NCBI RefSeq assembly: GCF_006345805.1
Contig: NC_042999.1
Location: forward strand, 111,352,001-111,416,000
DNA length: 64,000 bases
Direction: 5' to 3'
Source of the DNA: Octopus sinensis
Lineage: Eukaryota
Below the pieces are notes generated by a model that saw nothing but the letters and a program-made list of their open reading frames with translations, was not told where the DNA came from and did no database searches. The translations under genes and the position numbers were made by a program. Within the stretch, counting starts at the first letter, position 1. Each line of letters starts with the position of its first letter. Shown here piece by piece: positions 23,334-36,743 of the stretch.

Positions 23334-23377
23334 TTGTTAAAAATAACTAATCAACCTTGATTAGTTATTTTTAACAA
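23334..23377. repeat. Perfect 21-bp-arm palindrome with a 2-nt centre
   Basis: TTGTTAAAAATAACTAATCAA CC TTGATTAGTTATTTTTAACAA. Confidence 0.97.
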
Positions 23378-23569
23378 TATTTTAAGCTTAAAGAAATATT
23401 TTGAAAGAACAACATTAATTGAAAGTTGGAGTGTATAGAAGCTGATAAGGAAAAATTAGGGCAAGCGACATAATAGGAAGAGATAGACGAAACGCATCAA
23501 TAGTCTAGTTATGGCTATTTTATACTTACTGTTGGAAATACTGTTTAGGAATTACATGTTCTCCCTAGA

Positions 23570-23687
23570 TTAAATTTAACAGACTATTTTATTTCCTTAA
23601 GGGTTCTTCAGATTACTTCCTGAGCAGGACTGTCAACGGCCTTGAAGTCACCTTGGTGGTTGAAACAAATTCTTGTTTGGACACTTG
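23570..23687 (-). other. Candidate terminal exon with polyA signal
   Basis: Acceptor tttcatatattacag|CAAGTG and AATAAA at 23593-23588. Two frames close within the exon (SVQTRICFNHQGDFKAVDSPAQEVI* or QVSKQEFVSTTKVTSRPLTVLLRK*). The 3' end is approximate. Confidence 0.45.
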
Positions 23688-24000
23688 CTGTAATATATGA
23701 AACTCACTTTTAATTACTAGTTCTGAGAGATTATACAGATATCTCAGTATACACAAGAAGTCAGTACTTTCATGCTTAGAAAACAGATATAATTGTTTTT
23801 TAAATGTTCTTGTATGGGTTTTCAGTATCAAAAATATAACTATCCCAGTTCTTTCAACAACGTGTATACCTTATGCACCTATCTCAATACACTCCCGTAA
23901 ATATGATACACGCACATGTAAATATGAGTGCATCTCAGTACACAACAATATCAAAGACATCTACAAAGTGACTGTAATTGTTATAAGTTATCGAGTCTAC

Positions 24001-24033
24001 CTTGGTCAACCCTACTGTGGTCATCATCAGAAC
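24001..24033 (-). other. Candidate 33-nt internal exon
   Basis: cctatttctacag|GTTCTGATGATGACCACAGTAGGGTTGACCAAG|gtagac. Confidence 0.45.
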
Positions 24034-25240
24034 CTGTAGAAATAGGCATGTCTCAACAGTTGTATTTCACATCATGCAATAAAACACTGCATGCCAGTGT
24101 TTCAAATATGATTATAAACAGACAGATCCATAGAATATCTGGAGAACTACCTCTATGAATTGCATTTAGTCATTCAATCAATTATTCGTTTATCTTTACT
24201 GTAAAAAGATAACAATTTGAATGACCGAGGCTACTGACTAAAATATGACGACGCAGAATTACAGGAAATTTATACAGTTTTAAAGAAAATCAGGATTATA
24301 TAATAACAAATTTATTTAACATCAAGAAGAAACTTAGGAGGAAATCTTAATGCTTGATAGCAAAACTTGCAAAAATTGCTTCTAAGCGAAAAATATCCTC
24401 GTCAGTGGCATCTATTTCTTTCATTCACACTCATATGCAACATAACTATCTAAAATGCTCAGATGTGTAGGAAAACAAAACGTATATTTTGTACTGCAAA
24501 CTAAGAGGAAGAAACAACTCTAAAAAGATATAGCAGTAAGAATTTTTCTCTGACAATATCTCAAATTTTGATGCACCATTAGAAATTCCATAGCTTAAAA
24601 TACTTAACTGGGATACAAAGGAAGTCTATTCTGTTGTTTTTAAAACCCAAAAGAGTCTGAAATCACTTGAAGTGCGTAGTAAATATATTGTCAGTCTCGG
24701 ATAAATCAAAACTCGCAACAAATTTTTGATAAAAAGAAAAGATGGCCGCCCAGAAGTTGTAAATATTTAGATGACGATTACTGATACATGTTCAACTGCT
24801 TTGAAACATTCAGGTTCTGTTTTCTATAATACTAGTAAGGTTTTGTGGTACTGCAAAGTGTATAAGTTTCAAATAGAAATCTCAGAAAATTCATGTTATA
24901 AGTAGAAACATGAAAAAATGAAGATTTTACTGTTGCTGAAGAGCAAATTTTTTTCTTCATCATAAACCAACTTCATCTTAATAAGAATTATTGAAAGAAT
25001 TAAAAGCGAAAAATTCATTAAAAAAAGAGGGAAATAGACCAACGCCGAGTTGGTCTATTCCAACCCCTCAATCAATTGTACTTAACTACTTCTTAAATTT
25101 GCATGTAACAGGTTGAGTATTCTACAGATATACTTTTAACATTCTGAGACAGGATCAATGTGACAGAGTGTGCAAGCAGTTGTATAAATACGACTCCAAA
25201 TGTCCACACGAGATAAGGCATTTTTGTTAATGCTACTTAC

Positions 25241-25278
25241 AAAGCTATACGCAAAGGAGATTGTCCTGATTGCTATCC
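25241..25278 (-). other. Candidate 38-nt internal exon
   Basis: gtgtatcttag|GGATAGC...TATAGCTTT|gtaagt. Confidence 0.4.
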
Positions 25279-25331
25279 CTAAGATACACTAGAACCAGAA
25301 AGTATCTAAGATTTTAAAATACAAAACGTAC

Positions 25332-25416
25332 TGGTGGAATATTCCAATAAATCCGGTGTAAGAACAGCAGAGCAGACAAGGAGGAAAAGTTCTCAACTGT
25401 TGTTGACATCAGCTAC
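25332..25416 (-). other. Candidate 85-nt exon
   Basis: catttgctag|GTAGCTG...CCACCA|gtacgt. It implies a 53-nt downstream intron, which is unusually short. Confidence 0.25.
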
Positions 25417-25535
25417 CTAGCAAATGTTAATGCCCCCCGCCCCACGAAAAAATTGGTGGTGGTATTGGGGTGTGGGATAAATAGGATGTCTTTGAAGAAC
25501 TAATGTGATATCTCCTGCTATAGATTTTCACTTAC

Positions 25536-25576
25536 GCATATAATCATAGGTGCGTTGCTTTTCTTAACAAATCTGC
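25536..25576 (-). other. Candidate 41-nt exon
   Basis: aaggttttag|GCAGATTTG...ATTATATGC|gtaagt. Confidence 0.35.
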
Positions 25577-26693
25577 CTAAAACCTTATAAGCTAGTTTTA
25601 CCTACCATCAAAAAAGAGATAAGTAAATAAATAATACAGAGCAAACTGATTTACATTCTCCACGTACAATCGATTAGAGGCAAAGGGAAAATTGCTAAAA
25701 TATTACAGGGATTCCACATTTATGGTTCACAGGCGAATACTTCAGCATATTCGCTTACATTTAGTACACACACACACTGACAACATGAGCGCAAGTTTAT
25801 CTGCACGCACACACACACACACACACAAACACATACATACATTAATACATTCAAATACACACTTACATAGGAAAACACACACATACACACAAACACATAA
25901 ATTCATACACACTTTATGCAGACACGCACAAACAGACACACATGCACACACAAACACACACATTCACTTTTCAACCTATCGAGATAACAACACTCAAGAA
26001 AGCCCTTTGCCGTTTTGTTAGTTGAATTCTGCAAATGATAAAAAAAAACTTGTCTCAAAGAAATACATGTATACAACATACAAAAATGCCCTGTTGATGT
26101 CGTTGACATTCCAATGAAAGAGACTTGGTTAGAAACCGGCCCCTTCTCTACTGGCAAGAAGTTTTGAAATAAAACTGAATAATGACACGCACACACATAC
26201 AAACTAACATAGTAGCATACAAACCTACATACACATGAAAATACTTGCAAGCATACATACATGTGCCATGTATGTATGGATATTTTTAGATTCTTAATGG
26301 CGAATTGAAACCGATTTATAGCGATATTTTATAGGCATGGTCTTGTTACAAAATTAGCTATGGATGAATAAGATAAGTTTCTCCAGAATGATAATTCTAT
26401 TTCCCAGATTAACGTCATCTTAATTTAACCAGAGCTGTGTGATGCTTGTTTGCCTGTTTTTCTAAGAAATATGTGAAACGCTAAAACTGTCTGTCTGCCA
26501 CGAGTTATGCCAACTTGCAGTAAAACATCTGCCTTGTAAACGGCGTGTATAAATGTCTAAAATAATAAAAGTATAGAAATTTGAACTTTAAAAAATAAAT
26601 GTTTACATGTATCAGTGTACGTGTATGTATATACGTACACATATGTGCATACTTACACGCACGGACGCACGCGCACACACTCACTCTCACACA

Positions 26694-27051
26694 TAACTGG
26701 TACTTAATTTATCGACCCCGAAAGGATGAAAGGCAAAGTCGACCTCGGCGGAATTTGAACTCAGAACGTAACGGCAGACGAAATACTGCTAAGCATTTCG
26801 CTCGGCGTGCTAACGCTTCTTATTTCTTTATTGCCCACAAGGGACCAAACATATAGGGGAGAAACAAGGACAGACAAAGGGATTAAGTCGATTATACCGA
26901 CACTAGTGCGTAACTGGTACTTAATTTATCGACCCTGAAAGGATGAAAGGCAAAGTCGACCTCGTTGGAATTTGAGCTCAGAACGTAACGGTAGACGAAC
27001 TACCGCTAAGCATTTCGCCCGTCGTGCTAACGTTTCTGCCAGCTCGCTGCC
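26694..27051 (-). mobile_element. SINE family 2 dimer, 3'-truncated
   Basis: Head at 27051; junction GGGCAATAAAGAAATAAGAAGCGTTAGCACG at about 26805-26837. Confidence 0.93.
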
Positions 27052-29225
27052 TTAAAGGAAGGAAGTATTGGATAATGTAGTCCATTTCCCGGGGGAAATG
27101 GAAAAGTGGATGTAATGCCGTTGATCATAGATCTCGTAAACAACAAAAACTAGAAGATTTTTACTATTTTAAAACAATACATAAAAATGTAAACACACGC
27201 TCTATTTTGCATAAGACAAAGCATTTGTCCCTCCGCTTGTTTCACGTCAAGCTAACCCAGAAGTCTTTCACTATTTCTATATTTCTTTCTCTCTCCCTTT
27301 CACTCACAGACGTACCCATGCGTACCCATCTCATCCCTTCTCAACCTTCTCTCGCTGTTTCATATTGCTTGTTTCCTCCAAATCTTCCCCTTTTTATTCC
27401 CCTCTCCCTCCTCTCTTTTTCTGTGTTTCCCTAACTTTTTTTCTTCATTCTGTCATCTATTATGCTACCTTGTGTACACATCTACGTAATCTATATTAAA
27501 ATATCTTCTTCACTGTATCATCTAAACTCAGACAAGATTTGTTGCATCCAAAGTTCTTTTCTAAAAAAAAAAACTAAAAGCACCTCCGATTGTCAATGAA
27601 ATAGAGAAATTACAAAATTTTGTATTAAAAATTATTTGGCCGAAAGTCCTTACCCTACTCCTCCATCAATATATTATTTTTATAATACTTGCCTCCTTAT
27701 TTATAAATATATTTTTTTCTTATAAGACCAGCAGCCATAGTATTCCCTTGTCTACTTTCTATCATAAGGAGCACAACCTTATTATACGTCACCAGCTGTA
27801 GATCATTCAGTATAATTTAAATAGCAATTTGCCTCATAGACGTAATTTTTATTGTCGGTATTGCTGTCATAAACGGTGATAGTGGGGTGTAAGAGGAAAT
27901 TGATGGTGCTGGTGTTGGAGCTGAAAGACACACAAGCATATAGAGATTCATGGGAGTATTAATGGCTAACAATCTTCAGTTATTGAAATAAATTTATTTT
28001 TGCGTTGTTTGTGTGTGTATGCGCGTATGCATATGTATAGAGGAATATATGCGTGTGTACATATATTTGCCTGAGTATTATTCAGGAAAGTGAATAAAAG
28101 TATGTTATAAAGTACAATAAATATGTGTGCAAAAGTCAGTGTATAGATACAATACAATAAATAGATTTGTATGTTATCTAATGCATTAATTATGAGCATA
28201 AATATGTAGCTATAATACCAATATAGTAAAGATTCGTTTTATAAATATGTTTGAATATTATACGTTATAGTATCTATGCGTGTAAATATGTTTAAGTATG
28301 TTATATAATGCAATAAATATGCATATAAATATGTGAATACCTTTTTCCGGTATATATATATGTATAAATGTGTGTGTGTGTGTATGTATATCACACAGTA
28401 TAGTAAATATGAATGCCGATAAAAGTGTACGTCATATAATATAATAAATATGGCGCTTCAGTGTTGACTGGTGTAGTAAAGTATGGAGTAGGGAGCATTT
28501 TCCCTTCAGTCTTTTACATGTTGAAATGAAATTTAAATTACATACTTTGTCTTGTCAAATATAAATTGTTGGATGATGAAACTGAAGATTAAGTTAAAGA
28601 AATGCTAAGAAGAAGAACGTGAGAACATTCAGTGATAAAGTACTCCCAGCAGTGACGTAGATTGTTAGCTCAATTTAGTTATTAAATATTGGCTTCTGAT
28701 ACCAAAATATTACTTCTAGAATATAATCAGTAATGATCTCGTCTGCCTAATCATACTCCTTTTTTTTTATTCTTGATTCTATCCGCTTTTGTCTTATTGC
28801 TGAAATTCTTCAGGTGTTTGGGATTTTTTGATACTATTTTTATTTTTATTTTTATTCATGTTCATCTTATGTTTGTCTTTTACTTTTCTTCTTCTTTTCT
28901 TCTCTTATTTACTCCTCCTCATCTTCTTTTCTACCTCTTCCCTCTTTCGCTACATATCTTCTAGTGATACTGCAAAGTGACATCGTGACTGTTAATTTAG
29001 TACGTAGAGATACATTAAGTACTGTCATTCGAATAGCTGAGTCAGAATAAAAAAAAAGAGTTGGGGTCAAATTTAAGTGTGTTTTCAGGAACTATGATCA
29101 GTTTTGCCCAGTTTACTATTGATTGAACTTGTTGCTACGAATGTGGTCGAAATTGATTTCAAATTTTGGCACAAGGCCAGCAATTTAGAGGTAGGAAAGT
29201 CGATGACATCGATTCCAGTTGTTGT

Positions 29226-29478
29226 TTGTTCCTTCTTGAGCCATGCCTGGCTCATAAGGGCCGGTTTCCCGGTTTCCTTGGCGTATAGGTTACTCACCTG
29301 GACGGGACGCCGGTCCGTCGCAGGTGAGCTGCAAGATGCAGGATGAAAAAGTGAGAGAAATTTTTGGTGAAAGAGTCAGCAGAAGTTCACCATTACCTTC
29401 TGCCGGAGCCGCATGGAGCTTAGGTGTTTCGCTCATAAACACACACATCACCCGGTCTGAGATTCGAACCCGCGATCC
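29226..29478 (-). mobile_element. Distinct tRNA-derived SINE with a V-domain-like segment, 5'-truncated
   Basis: B box GGGTTCGAATCTC; CTGCGACGGACCGGCGTCCCGTCCAGG resembles the V-SINE conserved domain; tail GAAACCGGGAAACCGGCCCTTATGAGCC. Lies between family 2 pieces (29150-29220 and 29480-29874). Confidence 0.7.
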
Positions 29479-29479
29479 C

Positions 29480-29874
29480 TTTTGGGGGGGAGGGGGCTAG
29501 TCGATTATATTGACCCCCAGTACACAACTGGTACTTAATTGATCGACCCCGAAAGGATGAAAGGCAAAGTCGACCTCGGCGGAATTTGAACTCAGAGCAG
29601 ACGAAATACCGCTAAGCATTTCGCCCGGCGTGGAAATGTTTCTTATTTCTTTATTGCCCACAAGCGGCTAAACATAGAGGGGACAAACAAGGTCAGACAA
29701 AGGGATTAAGTCGATTAGATCGACCCCAGTGCGTAAGTGGTACTTAATTTATCGACCCCGAAGGGATGAAAGGCAAAGTCGACCTCGGCGGAATTTAAAC
29801 TCAGAACGTAAAGACAGACGAAATACCACTAAGCATTTTGCCCGGCGTGCTAATGTTTCCGCCAGCTCGCCGCC
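29480..29874 (-). mobile_element. SINE family 2 heterodimer
   Basis: Head GGCGGCGAGCTGGCGGAAACATTAG at 29874; junction GGGCAATAAAGAAATAAGAAACA at about 29636-29660. Confidence 0.93.
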
Positions 29875-30846
29875 TTATAAACACACATATATTGAAAGAG
29901 AATTTGATAAGGGTGTAAACGAAATAAGGCGCATTTCGAAGAGTTTATATTTATTTTTATTTAGAACCTGATTCAAATCTGCATTACCTAAAGTTTCACA
30001 GAATCCAGAAAACGTCTCCTGATCGCTGCCATACCTGATTCTGAAAAACAGCTTTACGCACACACGCGCGCGCGCACACACAAACACATACACATACACA
30101 CACGCAAATACCACATACACATACATTTGCATGTACAGCACATTCATAACTCTCGTGCATATACTGACATATCTGAACGAACACATTGTTCAAGGTTATA
30201 ATCTGAAGCAGATTTGGCTGCTATTTCTAGCAGAGGTAGGAATAACGTAAAGGTTTCACCATTGACTTGTCTTTAAGAAAATACACGTTATCAGCAGTTA
30301 AGGAAATTTGGCGAGTAAAAATTAAATGTTCTTAAAACCATACTAAATCGCGGTAAGAAGAAAGGAACGAGTAACAATACGAAAACTGCATATTTTCAAT
30401 GAAGATTTGACCATCAGTGACACATTATCTAAGATCAATCCATAAGGAGGCAACGGAGGAAACGACTATCAAATTCTATCTCCTTTCTTTTCATGAACTT
30501 TTACTTTAAGAACATACCCCCACTAGCAACAAAAAAAAAACAAAATAAAAACAGAAAGAAACAAGAATTTTTTTATAAAACGAAGATGTTTTTTAAACAT
30601 AAAAAGCATTCATATGTATGAATGTGACACACGCGCTCATATAAATGTATGTATACATATATGAATGTATATTTTCATATGTAAGCGTGTGTGTATGAGT
30701 GAATGTGTGCTTGTCCTTATATGCATATACATATTGGCACACACACGCACGCATGCACACACATATACATATATGTACAAACATTTACACATACATTGTG
30801 TGCATGTACAAATTCATATATACATTTATACATATAATATATGCGT

Positions 30847-30926
<80 letters not shown>

Positions 30927-31942
30927 GACATTTGCACGCGCACATACACGTACAGACATATGCATACGAGTATAAGACTTCTCTCGTTTGAAGTGTCATT
31001 GGAGAAATTGAAATTTACTGCTTCAGTTAGTGATGCAGAAAGTAGAAAAATAATCTTACAGTCGAAGAGAATTAACCAGAAATAAATTAGGTGACAAAAC
31101 TATTCAGATATGAGGTATCTAAAAGACAAAAAAAAAATACCAAAAATGAAATGCAAAAAATAAATAGATGAAGACGAAAGGACAAAGTTCAACTGAAAAA
31201 TTGAGAATGAAATTTCATAAAGAGTACGGAAGACCTATTCATAATATATAATTTCGTTGTGCTAAATGAAGCAAAGCTCATCTTAATTGGAAACGGTATG
31301 CGTGGCACTGTAGAACTAGCGTTCTGTAATAGAATGGAAACATTACAAATATTTGCAAGATGGAATTCTTCGAGAGAGAAGATTTTTCAAACTCTCCATT
31401 GTTTGTCTACTCAATTCACAACGGTATTGAAAGAATGAATTCAACAATAATGGATTTCAATTTAGAACAAGTTAGACAATATTCAAAGCGGATCATTGTT
31501 TGGCAGCTCAAGAACAGGAAATAAGTTTAGATTTTATTCATTTCAAAGTATCGCTGGAATAAAAGAGAGACAAAATCACCAGATTTTTAGTTACCGTTTC
31601 AACAACGAGTAAACAGCATGACTAAACTTCCCAGAAAAGGAGATGAGGACAAGAGAACATGTCAGTGTCTTTGAAAAATGGAAGAACTGTAATGAATTTT
31701 AAATGAAGTTCCTGTGCGACCATTTCTAAAGTATCAAAAACGTTTTAAAATTTATTTAAAAGAAGCGAATTAAATGCGATTTTTAAAATTTTTAATTATA
31801 TGTAAATGTGTTTGTGCGTGTGTTTGTGTGTATGCAATTGTTTGTGAGAGCGTGTGAATGTCAATGTGCATGTATGTTAGTGGGTGTACATGAGAATTTC
31901 TATGCTTGTAAGAATGTATGTATCTGCCTCTCTCTATATCTC

Positions 31943-32017
<75 letters not shown>

Positions 32018-32409
32018 CTATATATATATATATATGAATGCACAAACACACACACATACATACATACGTGTGTGTGTGTCTGTGTTTGTGCGTGTGTTTA
32101 TGCGAGCATGCGCGTGTGTCTGTGTTTTTGCCTTTAATAACAATTTGACTCGGCTCCACGAAGTTTAAAGTTTCATAGGCTCGTCACACGAACCTAGCTC
32201 CTGAAGCTAATATATATATATATATATATACATACAGAGAGGGGGGGTAGATGGAGAGTTAGATAAGTAGAAATATATATATATATAGTTAGCTAGCGAT
32301 ATATATATAAATATATCTAATCTAGGATAAAATGTTTCGAAAAACATTTTATCAATGGCCAGCATATTAAAAAATACCTTTAAAGGTTTTAAAATACCAA
32401 TTTATAATT

Positions 32410-32467
<58 letters not shown>

Positions 32468-32884
32468 CTAGCGAGATAGATAGATAGATATCGGCATATA
32501 CACAGATATATAGAAATTATATTATGTATACCTACATAAAAAATCATTTTCCCATAGTAAAATGAGAGAAGTTTTCCAAAATATATCATATAATTCATCT
32601 TGATCATGTGTTATATCATCAGTAAAGTCGCAAAATCTGGTAACTGTCCTATTATCAATCTAGTATATAAAATGTGTATAGGTATAGCACACACTCTCAC
32701 ACACTAAATAAGGCATGTAATCATTCGTATAATAATTGGGTGCATGTCCGTTTGTTTAACAATTTAAGTAGTTCAGCAGTGAATCACAAAGCAGTAAATA
32801 TATTTTAATATGTAGATATTTAATAGCAAATAGCAATTTTTTCTTTTATACTCTTAGTAGGAGGTGTTATATTATTCATATGTA

Positions 32885-33090
32885 AAGGCCACGAACTGGC
32901 AGAAACGTTAGCACGTCAGGCGAAATGCTTAGTGGTGTTTACGCTCTGAGTTCAAATTCCGCCGCAGTCGACTTTGCGTTTCATCCTTTCGGGATCGATA
33001 CATTAAGTACCAGTTGCGTACTGGGGCCGATTTAATTGACTGGCCCCCTCCCCTAAAATTTCGGGCTTTGTGCCTAGAGTAGAAAAGAAT
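32885..33090 (+). mobile_element. SINE family 2 full-length monomer
   Basis: A box TGGCAGAAACGTT, B box GAGTTCAAATTCC, tail CCCCTAAAATTTCGGGCTTTGTGCCTAGAGTAGAAAAGAATA. Confidence 0.92.
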
Positions 33091-33812
33091 AATATTGATA
33101 TGTAGACAAATGGTTAAATATGAACTCTATGCATGAGTATAAGTGTATGTAGTCTCTTATATTTATACAGATATGCGTGTATGTATACATACATACATAC
33201 ATACATACATACATACATACATACATACATACATACATACATACACGTGATGGGGATGGTTGCATAAGAATGAAAACAAACGTGAAGAACAATGAAAATT
33301 ATTTAAAATATAAAACAAAAATACATTGATCAAACCCAGGACATCACAAACAGAACTCTCCCCGGATGCAGATGAAATGTTACAAAATGCAGAATATGGA
33401 AAGTGAAAGCAGTACTCTAAACGTAAGGATCACCAATTTAATGCGTCTAATTCTAATTCTAACTTTTATCCAAATTCCAGAAATATTTTCCTTTCGATAT
33501 ATTTTGAGCATATAAATTTTATATAGATATATCCAAATTTCTCCGTGGTTCACTTCGTTTTTTCACATAATTGTCTGCTTCAGCACTTTTCTCTCTTTCC
33601 TTCTCAGCCACATCTTAAGAGTATTCTTAGGGTGCCACACCAGGCGAAAAACAAGTATACATAATGCCAGAATTTGTGGTGGTTACATAGTAGTTTTTTC
33701 CTTTTTAACCAACATTGGTTGGTTAAGTATAAATATCTTTCTTAAAAAGTTCTTTTAACTTAAAAATAAATATATATAACAAGGACAACACTAAAAGTGG
33801 GAATTTACTCAT

Positions 33813-33935
33813 TTATTCTTTTACTTGTTTCTGTCATTTAACTGTAGCCATGCTGGAGCACCACCTTAAAGGGTTTTAGTCGAAGAAATAGACCCCAGGA
33901 CTTATTCTTTGTAAGCCTAGTAGTTATTCTATCGG
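33813..33935 (-). mobile_element. SINE family 1, 3' tail fragment
   Basis: Reverse complement matches 3990-4080. Confidence 0.85.
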
Positions 33936-35797
33936 TATAAGTACTCTCTGTGTGGTAGAGATTAACATTTTACTATAATCGAATCAATTCCTTGTCCCTC
34001 TTGAGTTTTTCTTATAGATACACAGAATCTTCTGCAAGTTGTGTTATAATTTTCCTGATGGTCTTGTGCACCTACTGGTGAAAATCAGAACAGCAAGAGA
34101 CTAGACTGACACTATCAAAATAAAATAACTTGTGTGTGTGTATGTGTGTGTGCGCGCACACAAGTATACACACACAAGCATACACACACATACACATACA
34201 TATATATGTATACATACATATAGAAAAACACATGCGCACACATATTTCAAATTATTAACTACTGTGAGTGGCAGGCTGATATATATATATATATATATAT
34301 TCAATGTGTATCTCTAGTGTTTCTGCGTGACTATGTATATGTCTTCGAGGGAAAACAGATTTGGCATTCCTGAAAACAAAACACCAATGACCTGTAAAGA
34401 ATTCTGTAGTATATTTTATACACTTACAACTATTTTAAAGATATATTTAGAAATTTATGTCTAATATATATTTATATATATGTAACTTTCATTTCGGCAA
34501 GTGATGTTACTTGGCCTAGTGGACAGGGTTTTTTGGATCATGATCATAATTTTGTGTGTTCGGCTACTGACTCGGATGGCAAGTTGTACTTGAGCAGGGA
34601 ACTTCAATTGATATTACTCCTGCTCACTTAGTTAAAAATGAGTACCAATCTCCTCAATGCCAGTTGTACCATATTTACTATTTTGCTTCGTCGGGTATGA
34701 AGGGTCCGAGAGGTTGTCTATGTCTGTTCGCAACTACATAGATAGCTAAATCAATTAGAGGAAACATGATAATGTTACCAGTTTACGAGTGGTAGCTGGT
34801 TTACTGTATTGTAGTTTTATCATTTGTGTCAATAGCTGGACTGCAGCCATGCTAGGAAAGCGGTAAAGTAACAGTGCCATTACAGATTCACATGAAATAC
34901 CCTGCAGTGAATTTTCTGGTTTTCTATTCTCTAAATTTAAAACCAAAAGTTCAACTGCAGTTTTCACGCTCTTTCGGTAGATAAGTAACGTATCACTTAA
35001 GTACTCATGTTAGTTGCTTGTTTCTTCTTTCTCCTCTGAACTAGTAGAGGAATGGTACTATTCTAGCGTATTTAAGCAGAAGAAATCTACTTCTGTCGGA
35101 GAAGGAACTTTGGAAGAATCCTGGAAGCGTGTAACAATGGATCAGCAAAGGCTCTAAGTAGACACTCTGTGTCATTGCATCTATACTTCAAACGATATAT
35201 ATTGTTACACCAATTATAAAACACAACAAAAGATTTCGTAAACACTTGCAACATAGCTACACTTTGTCTCTCTTGGTAATAGCCTTCATTTTCATTCATT
35301 TATCTACATTTTTTTCTTGAAAAGCGTTCTGTAAAATCACTTTTACTTCGTTTTGTTACATTGTATATTTCTATATGTCTTTCTCACACACTTTCGTTCA
35401 TTCATTGTTTCTATCGCTCATCTCTGAAGAAATGAGACGTGAAGAGAATAAGAGAGAGACAAAAAGACTTATTTTTCAATTTTTGATGTTGTTATTAGAA
35501 GTTATATCAATAGAATATTAACATAACATCAACGGAAACTATAACTACATGTTTGTCATATACCAGAAACTATCTTCATTAAACGGTATGGCGTGGCAAA
35601 CTATAGAAGCAGATTGCAATAATTTTGTATGTTATTATTCGTCAAAAAAAATGAGTCCAAAATGAACGACTGCTCCAATTAAAGGACGGCCTGATGAATG
35701 AAATAATATTTCCATTACTAGATACATTTCTACTCATGCCCACACGCACGTATACACACACGCACACATATATTGTATATATTTTACATATATACGT

Positions 35798-35842
<45 letters not shown>

Positions 35843-36037
35843 TTATATACATACATATATATGTGTGCATATATACATTTACATAAGTATGTATATATAT
35901 ATATATATATATATATACATAATACGCACACACACATACGTGGACATTTTTGCTACTACAAAACCAGAATGAATCTTGTGAGGAAATTTTCGTGTTGCAT
36001 AATATATATCCTCATGATACACATATATCTGTATTAG

Positions 36038-36092
36038 GCATTTTCGTAATCTCCCAAGAGAAATTTACAGCATGATTCAAGATCTTCTAAAG
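36038..36092 (+). CDS. Candidate isolated 55-nt coding exon (HFRNLPREIYSMIQDLLK), product unknown
   Basis: tatctgtattag acceptor, consensus AAG|gtgagt donor and one open, protein-like frame. No partner exons confirmed. Confidence 0.3.
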
Positions 36093-36529
36093 GTGAGTGT
36101 GCGTTAATGACCCTGAAGCATTTGTAGGTTAGCAGATGAAAAAGGGAGATAATCACTTTTATCATGAAAGCAATTGGATGCGCAGAGGAAGATTATGTGG
36201 TGATGAAAAGTTATACATAAATATATAAAGCTGGGCTACTTTACATCAGCACTCAACGTGATTGGTGTTGTACCATGCAATATGTACGTGCGTAAGTGTG
36301 TTGTTGGATATATGCATGTGTGTATATATATATTTTGTTGGTGTCTGTATTTGTATATATAATGCTAATTATTCAAGCTCTACGTAATATCCTTCAAGTG
36401 ACAAAAGGAAGATCGAACACATCTATTGCGTACGTCCTCTCCCATTCGAAGAGCCTAATGTATATACCTACATGGATATATATATACATATACATACACA
36501 CACACACAAACACACACACGCATATATAT

Positions 36530-36571
<42 letters not shown>

Positions 36572-36708
36572 TAGACACACACATATATACATATATATAT
36601 AAATATTTATATATACATAAATAAATATACATTTACATATATGCATATATATATATATATATATGTATATATATTTACATATATGCATATATATATATAT
36701 ATATATAA

Positions 36709-36743
<35 letters not shown>

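Noticed and set aside
24058-24112. Hairpin AAACACTG/CAGTGTTT followed by ACA, resembling an H/ACA snoRNA or pre-miRNA
   Set aside because: No H box in the right place, pocket spacing is off, and the upper stem is too short for a pre-miRNA.
24881-24963. Box C (ATGATGA) and box D (CTGA) spaced about 80 nt apart in a candidate intron
   Set aside because: No terminal stem, no C'/D' boxes and no recognisable rRNA guide; the sequence is very AT-rich.
31250-31700. Possible very old Tc1/Tc3-like transposase traces (AKAHLNW, IIVWQL, YRFQQ)
   Set aside because: Too degenerate, no TIRs, and catalytic motifs not recoverable.
32326-32353. 12-bp inverted repeat GATAAAATGTTT/AAACATTTTATC
   Set aside because: Short, AT-rich and without context.
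34778-35300. Open frames with plausible splice sites on minus, and a plus frame ending GKR*
   Set aside because: No recognisable motif, no start or signal peptide; consistent with chance.
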